A stretch of 58,408 nt of DNA from an uncultured Clostridia bacterium (GTDB lineage: Bacteria > Bacillota > Clostridia > TANB77 > CAG-508), in contig CALXEU010000038.1 in NCBI GenBank assembly GCA_944387395.1, positions 1 through 58,408 of the forward strand. Direction: 5' to 3'. Position 1 is the stretch's first letter, and each line of letters opens with the position of its first letter. Both the position numbers and the translations under genes were made by a program. Shown piece by piece: positions 8,690 through 17,697 of this stretch. The notes below the pieces were generated by a model, which made no database searches, had not been told where the DNA came from, and saw nothing but the letters and a program-made list of their open reading frames with translations.

Positions 8690-9130
8690 TTGGAAAACAA
8701 GAATGAAAATGGAAGCGAAGAGGTAAAGAAATATAGAGATAAGGTTAATGAAATTAAAGAAAGAAAAGATAACGATCCATTAATGTTCTTTTTAGGAATA
8801 ATTCTATTAGGAGTGGGATTATTCATGTTAAGCAAAAGAGTATTAGTTAGTAGCTCATGGTATACTTGGAGAATGGGAAATATTAACCTATCATCAGGAT
8901 TAGTAACCGTTCCATTAATAATAGGTATAATTTGGTATTTCTTTAATACCAAGTCTATAATTGCAAAAATAATTATAGTTTTAGGAATAGTATTTATTGT
9001 TGCAACAATTATAATGAGTATTAGAATATACTTTATACCAACTTTATTATATGAATATATATTAATAATAGGAATGGCAGCAGCTGGAAGTGGACTACTA
9101 CTTAGGACTTTATTTAGAAATAAAAAATAA
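8690..9130 (+). CDS. Small polytopic membrane protein, function unknown
   Basis: TTG start with an AGAGGAAAA RBS. A charged N-terminus is followed by 3-4 hydrophobic segments. Confidence 0.5.
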   Translation: MENKNENGSEEVKKYRDKVNEIKERKDNDPLMFFLGIILLGVGLFMLSKRVLVSSSWYTWRMGNINLSSGLVTVPLIIGIIWYFFNTKSIIAKIIIVLGIVFIVATIIMSIRIYFIPTLLYEYILIIGMAAAGSGLLLRTLFRNKK

Positions 9131-9165
9131 TAATAATAAAAATCCAACTCAAAGGAGAAGGATTT

Positions 9166-10320
9166 TTATTTTCTGGTATATAGTACATCAGAATTAGAAA
9201 GAATAATATTACAAATATCTCTTGTAGAATTTTTCTTTGCTAAGAGTTTAGTATTAAGCTTCATTTGTTTAAGCTTTGCATTATCTGAAAGGAGTTCTGA
9301 AATGATTTTTTCATAGTTATCTTTCTTTTTAATCCATATTGCAACGCCAGAATTTTCTAAAAACTCTGCATTTTCCTCCTCTTGACCCGGAATGGGATTA
9401 ATTATTACAATCGGAAGACCAGAAGCTAAACTTTCTGTTGTTGTAAGACCTCCCGGCTTAGTTACAACCAAATCAGAAACACTCATAAGTTCAGGAACCT
9501 GATTTGTAAAGCCTAAAACTTTAACAAAATCTGAAGCATTTTCAGATTCAACCAAATTAGAAAATTCTTCAAGCATTTTTTCATTCTTACCACTAATTGC
9601 AACTATTTGATAATCTATACAATTTCTAATAAATGATTTTAAAATCTTAATAGTTCTTTCTCGACCAAGTCCAAATTCTCCTCCACCAAAGAATAAAATT
9701 ACTCTCTTTTTAGGATTAAGGTCAAAATTTTCTTTAATTATATCTTTATTAAAATGTTTTAAAAAACGATTTGACAAAGGAATTCCTGTTGCAAAAATTT
9801 TATTTTCAGGAATACCATTATAATTAATTAATTCCTGTCTCATTTTTTCGTGAGCAACAAAGAAATAGTCAACATATTCATTACCAACAAGCCATTGCAT
9901 ATGAGGAGCAAAGTCGGTCATAATTGTTGCAAGTTTGCAATTAATTAAACTTTTACGTTTTAAATAACTAACCATTTGACTACCAAAAGGATGAGTAGAA
10001 ATAACAACATCTGGTTTATATTCTTCGAAAAGCTTAAAGAGTTTTCTAGCCATTAATTTATTAGAAGTATTACTTATATGAGCAAGAGGACCCTGCTGAG
10101 AATGACTATAAACTTCGCCCCAAGCCCAAGGAAACTTCTTTGCCATTTCTTTATATGCGGTAGTAGATATTTTATTAAAAGGCTTATTGACATATAGCAT
10201 ACAATCAACTAATTTTGTTTCACAATCCTTAAAATTATCATTTATATATTGATTTATAGAATTGGCGGCAGATAAATGCCCACCTCCATATGATGCATAA
10301 AATATTAAAATTTTTTTCAC
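9166..10320 (-). CDS. ugtP: MGDG-synthase family/GT28 processive diacylglycerol glycosyltransferase (UgtP-like)
   Basis: 'LIFYASYGGGH', 'TDFAPH..W', and 'VTKPGGLTTTE....LP.V...PIPGQEEENA' are collinear with B. subtilis UgtP. Confidence 0.75.
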   Translation of the reverse strand: MKKILIFYASYGGGHLSAANSINQYINDNFKDCETKLVDCMLYVNKPFNKISTTAYKEMAKKFPWAWGEVYSHSQQGPLAHISNTSNKLMARKLFKLFEEYKPDVVISTHPFGSQMVSYLKRKSLINCKLATIMTDFAPHMQWLVGNEYVDYFFVAHEKMRQELINYNGIPENKIFATGIPLSNRFLKHFNKDIIKENFDLNPKKRVILFFGGGEFGLGRERTIKILKSFIRNCIDYQIVAISGKNEKMLEEFSNLVESENASDFVKVLGFTNQVPELMSVSDLVVTKPGGLTTTESLASGLPIVIINPIPGQEEENAEFLENSGVAIWIKKKDNYEKIISELLSDNAKLKQMKLNTKLLAKKNSTRDICNIILSNSDVLYTRK

Positions 10321-10486
10321 TTCTTATTTCTCCATTCGAATTCATTAATTTATATTTTATCATAATTAAATTAAAAACAAAAGCATAATGCATAAAATTT
10401 GAAAAAATACCAATAATACATATAAATATAAATAAAGATCAAAATGAGGAAAAAACAAAGACCTTATTATAAGAAAGGAAGGCTTA

Positions 10487-10967
10487 ATGAAAAAGTATAT
10501 TTTATATGTAGTTCTTATAATTTCGATATTTACAATTCTTTTTACTGCAATATATGTAATAAATGAGATGCTTCCAAACGAGGTTCAAGCATCAAGTAGT
10601 GGGGGAACAGCTTCTGATGTACAACTTATAGCAAGAGCTATAAATGGAGAAGCAAGAGGAGAGCCATATGAAGGTCAGGTAGCTGTACGGAGCTGTAATC
10701 TTAAATAGAGTAAATTCATCACAATTTCCGAATACCATTGCTGGAGTAATTTATCAACCAGGAGCATTTACTGCAGTTGCAGATGGTCAAATAAATGTAC
10801 CAATAGATCCAAATTCTACTGTCGTAAAGGCAGCACAAGATGCATTAAATGGATGGGATCCAACTGGAGGGGCATTGTACTATTTTAATCCAGATACTGC
10901 TACAAATTCATGGATATGGTCAAGACCGCTGATAAAAACAATCGGAAAACACAGATTTTGTGAATAA
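10487..10967 (+). pseudogene. sleB: SleB/CwlJ-family spore cortex-lytic hydrolase, reading frame interrupted (+1) at 10688
   Basis: ORF 10487-10708 ends '...GEARGEPYEGQVAV RSCNLK*'. The +1 frame from 10689 continues 'GAVILNRVNSSQFPNTIAGVIYQPGAFTAVADG...' to the stop at 10965-10967. The site reads GTA CGG AGC. Confidence 0.8.
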
Positions 10968-12367
10968 TGGAGGGAATTAAATTGAAAGATAATAAAATAT
11001 CAAATAAAAAAGCATTTGTTACTATTGCTATAATACTTGCTATAACCATATTTGGAGCGGTGTGTTATTATGCATATAAGGAAACAGAAAAATATAAAAT
11101 TGCAATGGAAAATAAATATAATATGGCATTTTATGAATTAGTAGACTATATACAAAATGTAGAAGTATATCTTGCAAAATCATTAATATCAACAAGTGCG
11201 GAGCATGGTGCAGAAAATTTAACAAATGTATGGAGAGAAGCAAGTTTAGCACAAAACCAACTAGCGCAGCTACCAATATCTAGTAATGAACTAGAAAATG
11301 CATCAAAATTTTTAAACCAGGTAAGTGATTATAGTTACTCACTTTCAAGAAAAAATATATCGGGAGAATCGCTATCACAAGAAGATTTAAATAATATAAA
11401 AGAGTTACATCAATACAGTGTAGAATTAGAAAATGTTATAAATCAGTTATCAACAGATTTATATGAAGGTAGAATAAAATGGGGAGATTTAAATAATACG
11501 AATGCAACTGTAGGATTTGCTACAGAAGTATCGTCAATCACTCAGGACTCATTTTCAAGTATAGAGGAAAATTTCCATGAATACGCAGGATTAATCTATG
11601 ACGGAGCATTCTCAGAACATTTAACTTCAAACGAGAAAAAAGGTTTAACGGGAGAAGATATAGATGAAGAACAGGCAAAAAAAATAGTAGAACAATTTTA
11701 TGGACAGCAAAATATATCTGAAATAATATCAAACGGATATTCAGAAAATGCAGAAATACCATCATACGATTTTAATGTGAAAATGAATGATACAAATGAT
11801 ATTGCGACAATCTCAATTTCTAAAAAAGGTGGACATGTAATATTTGCAAATTACAATAAAACAGTAGAAACGGAGCTTATTACACAAGAACAAGCTGATG
11901 AAATAGGGAAAAATTTTCTAGAACAACATGGATATAGTAATATGAAAGAAACCTATTATTATAAACAAGGCGGAATTGTTACAATAAATTATGCATATTA
12001 TCAAACAACAGCAGATGGTAAGCAAGTAATTATGTATCCGGATTTAATAAAATTAAAAGTAGCTTTAGATGATGGAAGAGTTCTAGGAATAGAAACTAGC
12101 GGATATCTAAATTGCCATTATGAAAGAGAAATTCCTACAAATATAGTGTCAAAGGATGAAGCTAAAAAAATACTAAACCAAGAATTAGAAATATTAAGTG
12201 AGAACTTGGCAATGATACCAACAGAATGGCAAACAGAAATACTTTGTTGGGAATTTAAGGGTAAAGTGGAAGATAATGAATTTTTAGTATATGTAAATGC
12301 ACAAACAGGCAAAGAAGAAGATATACTTGTAATAGTAAATACTCCAAATGGAACATTAACACATTAA
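10967..12367 (+). CDS. ypeB: Germination protein YpeB (PepSY domains)
   Basis: 466 aa with an N-terminal TM and the YpeB-like 'ENKYNMAFYELVDY..NVE' region. The ATG overlaps the sleB stop (TAATG), the classic sleB-ypeB operon arrangement. Confidence 0.8.
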   Translation: MEGIKLKDNKISNKKAFVTIAIILAITIFGAVCYYAYKETEKYKIAMENKYNMAFYELVDYIQNVEVYLAKSLISTSAEHGAENLTNVWREASLAQNQLAQLPISSNELENASKFLNQVSDYSYSLSRKNISGESLSQEDLNNIKELHQYSVELENVINQLSTDLYEGRIKWGDLNNTNATVGFATEVSSITQDSFSSIEENFHEYAGLIYDGAFSEHLTSNEKKGLTGEDIDEEQAKKIVEQFYGQQNISEIISNGYSENAEIPSYDFNVKMNDTNDIATISISKKGGHVIFANYNKTVETELITQEQADEIGKNFLEQHGYSNMKETYYYKQGGIVTINYAYYQTTADGKQVIMYPDLIKLKVALDDGRVLGIETSGYLNCHYEREIPTNIVSKDEAKKILNQELEILSENLAMIPTEWQTEILCWEFKGKVEDNEFLVYVNAQTGKEEDILVIVNTPNGTLTH

Positions 12368-12468
12368 AAGTAAAAACTTCTAGTATTTTAATATAAATAA
12401 AATCAATAATAATAGTAAATTTACTATAAAATTAAATTAGTAAATAACACATAATACTGGAGGTTTAT

Positions 12469-12639
12469 ATGGGAAATAAGAAAAATTTAATGAGTGAAAA
12501 TCTTAAAGAGGAAATCGCTAAAGAATTAGGTGTATATGAGCAAGTAAAACAAGATGGTGGATGGGAAAACGTTTCATCTAAAACTTGTGGAAACATGGTC
12601 TCTAAAGCTATAGAAATAGCAAATAGAAATACAAAATAG
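12469..12639 (+). CDS. Alpha/beta-type small acid-soluble spore protein (56 aa; below ORF-track cutoff)
   Basis: Translation is 'MGNKKNLMSENLKEEIAKELGVYEQVKQDGGWENVSSKTCGNMVSKAIEIANRNTK', which carries the SASP signature (LK.EIA.ELGV ... S..CG..V...IE.A). A GGAGG RBS precedes it and a strong terminator follows. Confidence 0.8.
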   Translation: MGNKKNLMSENLKEEIAKELGVYEQVKQDGGWENVSSKTCGNMVSKAIEIANRNTK

Positions 12640-12645
12640 TTAATG

Positions 12646-12675
12646 TAAGAGCAAGCAAAACTTGCTCTTATTTTC
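12646..12675 (+). terminator. Intrinsic terminator after SASP gene
   Basis: TAAGAGCAAG-caaaa-CTTGCTCTTA followed by TTTT. Confidence 0.8.
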
Positions 12676-12732
12676 ATATTGCAAAAAGAATATTAATAGA
12701 ATATAATAATAAAAAATTTATGGAGGTATATT

Positions 12733-14109
12733 TTGGACAAAATAAGAGTTAAAGATATATTAAAAATTACAGGTGGAACACTAATATATGGGAATGAAGA
12801 AGAAGTATGTGAAAACTTTAGTAGAAACACAAAAGAAATAAATGAAGGAGATATATACATAGGATTTAAGGGAGAAAATTTTGATGGAATAGAATTTTAT
12901 GAAGAAGCTTTAGAAAAAGGTGCAAAAGGATGCATATTAAATAGAAATCTAAATAAAGAATTTAAACAAAGAAATGGAGAATTTATAATCCAAGTAGAAG
13001 ATACAGTCGATGCGGTTGGAAAAATTGCTAAACTAAAAAGGCAAATGTATAATATTCCTGTAATTGCAGTAACAGGTAGTGTTGGAAAAACAAGTACAAA
13101 AGATATAATTTATAGCGTTGTATCTCAAAAATATAAAACACTTAAAACTCAAGGGAACATGAATAATCATATAGGAATGCCATTAACTATACTAAAATTA
13201 AAGGATGAAGAAGCCTTAGTTGTCGAAATGGGAATGAATCACTTAGGAGAATTAAGTAAACTAACCGATATAGCAAAACCTACAATAGCAGTAATTACAA
13301 ATGTAGGAACAGCACATATTGGAAATTTGGGTTCAAGGGAAAATATATTAAAAGCAAAATTAGAAATACTAGAAGGGTTATCAGAAAACGGATATGCAGT
13401 AATAAACAACGATAATGACTTATTACATAAATGGGTAAAAGACCAAAATAAATATAATACTGTAACCTATGGAATAAATTCAGAAAGCAACTACATAGCA
13501 CAAAACATAAAACTTTCAGACACGAATAGTAAATATAAAGTACAAATAGATAACAATTTGGAAGAAATAACTGTTCCAGTCGGAGGAGAAGCATTTATAT
13601 ACAACAGTCTAGCAGCAATAAGTGTAGGAAGAATCTTAAATATTCCAATGGATAAAATAAAACAAGGAATAGAAAAATTTGAATTAAGTAAGATGAGACT
13701 AGATGTACAAAAAACTAAACAAGGGTACACAATTATAAATGATTGCTATAATGCAAATTACGATTCTATGAAATCTTCCCTAGAGTATTTACAAAAGATG
13801 AATGGTAAAAGAAAAATTGCTGTTTTAGGAGATATGCTAGAATTAGGGGATTACTCAAAAGAATTGCATGAAAAAGTGGGAATAGAAGTTTCAAAAAATA
13901 ATATAGATATATTAATAACGGTTGGAAAAGAAGCAAAAAATATTGCAAAAATAGCAAAAGAAAACGGAACAAAGCAAATTTATATGTGTGAAAATAATAA
14001 AGATGCCATTGAACAGATAAAGAAAATTGTAGAAAAAGAAGATACAATACTAATAAAAGCATCGAATTCAATGCATTTTAAGGAAATTGTTGAAGCCTTG
14101 TGTAAATGA
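12733..14109 (+). CDS. murF: UDP-N-acetylmuramoyl-tripeptide--D-alanyl-D-alanine ligase
   Basis: Mur ligase P-loop 'VTGSVGKTSTK', 'NNHIGMP', 'EMGMNH.GE', and placement upstream of ddl. Confidence 0.9.
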   Translation: MDKIRVKDILKITGGTLIYGNEEEVCENFSRNTKEINEGDIYIGFKGENFDGIEFYEEALEKGAKGCILNRNLNKEFKQRNGEFIIQVEDTVDAVGKIAKLKRQMYNIPVIAVTGSVGKTSTKDIIYSVVSQKYKTLKTQGNMNNHIGMPLTILKLKDEEALVVEMGMNHLGELSKLTDIAKPTIAVITNVGTAHIGNLGSRENILKAKLEILEGLSENGYAVINNDNDLLHKWVKDQNKYNTVTYGINSESNYIAQNIKLSDTNSKYKVQIDNNLEEITVPVGGEAFIYNSLAAISVGRILNIPMDKIKQGIEKFELSKMRLDVQKTKQGYTIINDCYNANYDSMKSSLEYLQKMNGKRKIAVLGDMLELGDYSKELHEKVGIEVSKNNIDILITVGKEAKNIAKIAKENGTKQIYMCENNKDAIEQIKKIVEKEDTILIKASNSMHFKEIVEALCK

Positions 14110-14187
14110 TTAAGTATGTGAAAGTATAAATGGTTGAAAAAATTTTTTTTAACTAGAATTGTGACTTGGAAAGGAATGCGTGTAAAA

Positions 14188-15243
14188 ATGACGAAATTAG
14201 GAGTCATATTTGGTGGAAAATCAACAGAACATGATGTATCTGTGGTATCTGCAAGTTCAGTAATTAAAAATTTGAACAAGGAAAAATATGAAATATATCC
14301 GATATACATAGCTAAAGATGGTGAGTGGTATCACTATACAAAAGATGTAAATAAGGTGGAAATATTTGGAATAGGAGAGAATCCCAAAGAACTAGAAAAA
14401 ATAACAAATGAGCTAGAAACTTTAAAAAAATTAGACGTAATATTTCCAGTGTTACATGGATTATATGGGGAAGATGGAACTATACAAGGTTTATTAGAAC
14501 TAGTACAAAAACCATATGTGGGTTGTAAAGTACTTGCATCAAGTATATGTATGGATAAAGTATATGCAAAAATAATATTTGAAAAGGCAGGAATAAATCA
14601 AGCAAAGTACATTGTTATTAATTCTACAAAGAAAGGCTATACATATATAGATGAAAAATTAAATGAAATAAAAGTAAATTTTGAAATAATAACGAATATA
14701 GTAAACGAAAAACTAAAATATCCAGTATTTGTAAAACCATCTAATTCAGGATCGTCAGTTGGTGTTAGCAAGGCAGAAAGTAAAGAAGAATTAATAAATG
14801 CTATAAAATTAGCTCAAAATTATGATAATGAAATATTAATAGAAGAAGGTATAATTGGAAAAGAGATTGAATGTGCGGTATTGGAAACAGATGAAATAGA
14901 GGCATCTTGTGTGGGTCAAGTTTTATCTGCTGAAGAATTTTATGATTACAATGCTAAATACAAAAATGTAAAATCAAGAACATTAATTCCAGCAGATATA
15001 GGCAAAGATACATCGGAATTAGTAAGAAAATTAGCAATTAAAGCCTTTAAAGCTGTAAGAGGAAGAGGCTTATCAAGAGTAGATTTTTTTGTTGAAAATA
15101 GTACGGGAAAAGTCTACATAAATGAAATTAATACAATGCCAGGTTTTACAACAATAAGTATGTATCCGCAATTGTGGGAAAACTGTGGATTATCTTATGA
15201 AAAATTATTGGATAAATTGATTGAAAATGCAATTTCAAGATAG
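14188..15243 (+). CDS. ddl: D-alanine--D-alanine ligase
   Basis: 'LGVIFGGKSTEHDVS', 'HGLYGEDGTIQGLLE', and an ATP-grasp C-terminus 'EINTMPGFT'. The ORF is open from 14134, but the conserved N-terminus starts at Met 14188. Confidence 0.9.
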   Translation: MTKLGVIFGGKSTEHDVSVVSASSVIKNLNKEKYEIYPIYIAKDGEWYHYTKDVNKVEIFGIGENPKELEKITNELETLKKLDVIFPVLHGLYGEDGTIQGLLELVQKPYVGCKVLASSICMDKVYAKIIFEKAGINQAKYIVINSTKKGYTYIDEKLNEIKVNFEIITNIVNEKLKYPVFVKPSNSGSSVGVSKAESKEELINAIKLAQNYDNEILIEEGIIGKEIECAVLETDEIEASCVGQVLSAEEFYDYNAKYKNVKSRTLIPADIGKDTSELVRKLAIKAFKAVRGRGLSRVDFFVENSTGKVYINEINTMPGFTTISMYPQLWENCGLSYEKLLDKLIENAISR

Positions 15244-15284
15244 AAAAATTTTTTCTATCTTTTATAAAAAGGAAAGGACAAGCT

Positions 15285-15875
15285 ATGGAAAAAATAGAAC
15301 AGATAAAAGAAGATTTAAAACAAGTTTTATCAGAAAAAAGATACATTCACTCTATAGGAGTAATGGAAATGTGTGAAAAACTTGCAAAAATATATGGAGT
15401 AGATATACAAAATGCAAAAATTGCAGGACTTTTACATGATATTGCAAAAGAAACAACCTCAGAAGAAAAACTAGAATATGCGAAACAAAATAATATAGAA
15501 ATTGATGAAATAGAAAAAACAAATCCTCAAATTTTACATGGAAAGATTGGAGCACATATAGCAAAAGTAAAATATGGTGTAAGCAAAGAAATACAAAATG
15601 CAATTGAATATCACACAGAAACAAATCCAAATATGGATATACTAGCTAAAATAGTGTATGTATCCGATAAGATTGAATTAAATAGAAAAGATGATAATTT
15701 TGAAATAAAATATGAAAGAGAATTAGCAACAAAAGATCTAGACGAAACAGTTATTTATATAATTAATGCAAACATAATTAAATTAATAAAAAAGCAAAAA
15801 CTAATACATCCGACAATACTAAAAACAAGAAATGCACTTATAAAAGCAAAATTAGATAAAAAAAGTACACTATAA
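15285..15875 (+). CDS. yqeK: HD-domain bis(5'-nucleosyl)-tetraphosphatase YqeK
   Basis: 'RYIHSIGVMEMCEKLAKIYG.D...A.IAGLLHDIAKE' is the typical YqeK HD motif; the ORF is 196 aa. Confidence 0.8.
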   Translation: MEKIEQIKEDLKQVLSEKRYIHSIGVMEMCEKLAKIYGVDIQNAKIAGLLHDIAKETTSEEKLEYAKQNNIEIDEIEKTNPQILHGKIGAHIAKVKYGVSKEIQNAIEYHTETNPNMDILAKIVYVSDKIELNRKDDNFEIKYERELATKDLDETVIYIINANIIKLIKKQKLIHPTILKTRNALIKAKLDKKSTL

Positions 15876-15947
15876 TTTTTTGTCTTAGGTATTCCCAAGT
15901 AAAATAATATGTGATATAATGCAAACATCAAATGTGGAGGAAGACAA

Positions 15948-16842
15948 ATGATTTTCAAGGACTATTACAAAATATTAGGCTTAGAGTCTAATAAAGTAGA
16001 CACAAATGATATAAAAACAGCCTATAGAGAACAAGCAAAAAAATACCATACAGATGTAAACGTAGGATATAAAAACACAGAAGAAAGATTCAAAGATATA
16101 AATGAAGCATATAAAATTTTATCAGACAATGTAAGTAGAAAAAAATATGATAGAATATGGAATTCACATATTGGAAAAAAGAAAATAAAAGAAAAAAATC
16201 AATCCACAAAATCGAATATGACACGTGGAGAATTTATAGAAAAAATCTTTGGAATACCAACTAATAAAGAAAATAAAAAATTAAAAGAAGAAATACCAGA
16301 GCAAGGAGAAAATGTTGAAACGCAAATTCAAATTTCAATAATAGAAGCATTTTTTCGGCCTTAAAAAAAGTATACAGTTAAGAACTGTAAAAGGCAATAT
16401 GAAAACATTTGAGGTAAATATTCCAGCCGGCATAAAAGACGGTGAAAAATTAAGACTAATTGGACAAGGTAAACCAGGTAAAAATGGGGGAAAAAACGGA
16501 GACCTTCTAATTAGAATAAAAATTGCGGAAGATAATAAATACAAACTAGTTGGATCAGATATCTACACAAATCTTAATATTACTCCATGGGAAGCGGTTC
16601 TTGGAACAAAAATTGATATAGATGCAATAGATGAGACAATAGGAGTCTACATACCAAAGGGTAGTACAACGGGAGAAGAAATAAGAATTGAAAACAAAGG
16701 CTACAGAAAAGAAAATGGAGAAAGAGGAGATTTTGTAATAAAAATAAATATAATGATATCTAAATACAAAACATCTGAAAAAGAAAAAGAATTATATAAA
16801 CAGTTAGCAAAGATTTCGAAATTTAATCCAAGAAAAGACTAA
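15948..16842 (+). pseudogene. CbpA/DnaJ-class co-chaperone, frame interrupted (+1) at 16350-16358; J-domain HPD replaced by HTD
   Basis: J domain 'DYYKILGL....D.NDIKTAYREQAKKYHTDVN'. ORF1 stops at 16364. The +1 frame from 16357 reads 'GLKKSIQLRTVKGNMKTFEVNIPAGIKDGEKLRLIGQG...GDL', a DnaJ C-terminal substrate-binding domain. The site reads TTT TTT CGG CCT TAA. Confidence 0.8.
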
Positions 16843-16860
16843 GGTTACATAAGAAAATAG

Positions 16861-16889
16861 TTGACATATTCTGACATTTGTTGTATAAT
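16861..16889 (+). promoter_or_regulatory. Consensus sigma-A promoter of the T4CP operon
   Basis: TTGACA (16861-16866), a 17-nt spacer, then TATAAT (16884-16889). Confidence 0.7.
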
Positions 16890-16943
16890 AAAAAGGCATA
16901 CAAAAGAAAATATGTGATTGGTCCATATAGAAAGAGGTGTAAT

Positions 16944-17465
16944 ATGAACATAGTACCAGGTAAACACTTTAGTATAACAGATCCACAAAATGTAAATACA
17001 GTGATTTATCAAATAAATAAAACGGAAAAAGAATTTGAAGAAAACTCACCTAAATTTACATTAGAAAGATTAAAATGTAGAGAACAACTAGTAGGAAACA
17101 ACAAAAAGAAAACATTTTTTGTTGATACGCCAAAAGAAGATGGCAACCAACTAGTAATTTTATCTTTTGGACAAGATAAAGTGGTAGTAAATATGGGAAT
17201 TTTAAACAAAGATGAAGTTAAAATTTCAAAAAAACCTGTACCTGTAAAATTTGATACTTTATATTCTGAAAAAGAAACAGAATATAAAGAGATTAAGTAT
17301 ACGCCAAATTTAAAAAGACCAATAACAATTATAGATCCAGTAACAACGGAAGAAGTAAAACCAGTATTGTATTATGATAAAGAAACCAATGAAGTAAAAG
17401 GAAAATGCAAATTAAAACCATATAAAGCTTATTTCGCATTTGAAGTGCGAGAAGACAAAAATTAG
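16944..17465 (+). CDS. Hypothetical protein (173 aa), first gene of T4CP operon
   Basis: AGAGG RBS before ATG 16944; the ORF track extends to 16878. Lys/Glu-rich, no recognised motif. Confidence 0.5.
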   Translation: MNIVPGKHFSITDPQNVNTVIYQINKTEKEFEENSPKFTLERLKCREQLVGNNKKKTFFVDTPKEDGNQLVILSFGQDKVVVNMGILNKDEVKISKKPVPVKFDTLYSEKETEYKEIKYTPNLKRPITIIDPVTTEEVKPVLYYDKETNEVKGKCKLKPYKAYFAFEVREDKN

Positions 17466-17476
17466 GAGGATTTTAA

Positions 17477-17671
17477 ATGGAAAAAGACAATCATCAACCT
17501 ACAAATGGAGGTTATATAGTTAATTGTGGAGCAACTGGAATAGAGGGAGACAAATTGGTTTTTCCACCAGAAACAGCATACACAAAAAAAGGCATAGAAG
17601 CAGGGGAACAAACATTAAGCATTAAATTAGTAGACAATAGAGAATTAGATGCTGATCGTGAAAATGCATAA
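17477..17671 (+). CDS. Hypothetical small protein (64 aa)
   Basis: GGAGGA RBS, tightly packed between 16944-17465 and the T4CP gene. Confidence 0.45.
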   Translation: MEKDNHQPTNGGYIVNCGATGIEGDKLVFPPETAYTKKGIEAGEQTLSIKLVDNRELDADRENA

Positions 17672-17697
17672 TACAACACAAGAAAAGGTGATTTATA

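Noticed and set aside
14134-14187. Upstream extension of ddl ('MKKFFLTRIVTWKGMRVK')
   Set aside because: The conserved Ddl N-terminus ('LGVIFGGKSTEH') begins right after Met 14188. The extension overlaps the murF stop region and is not conserved-looking.
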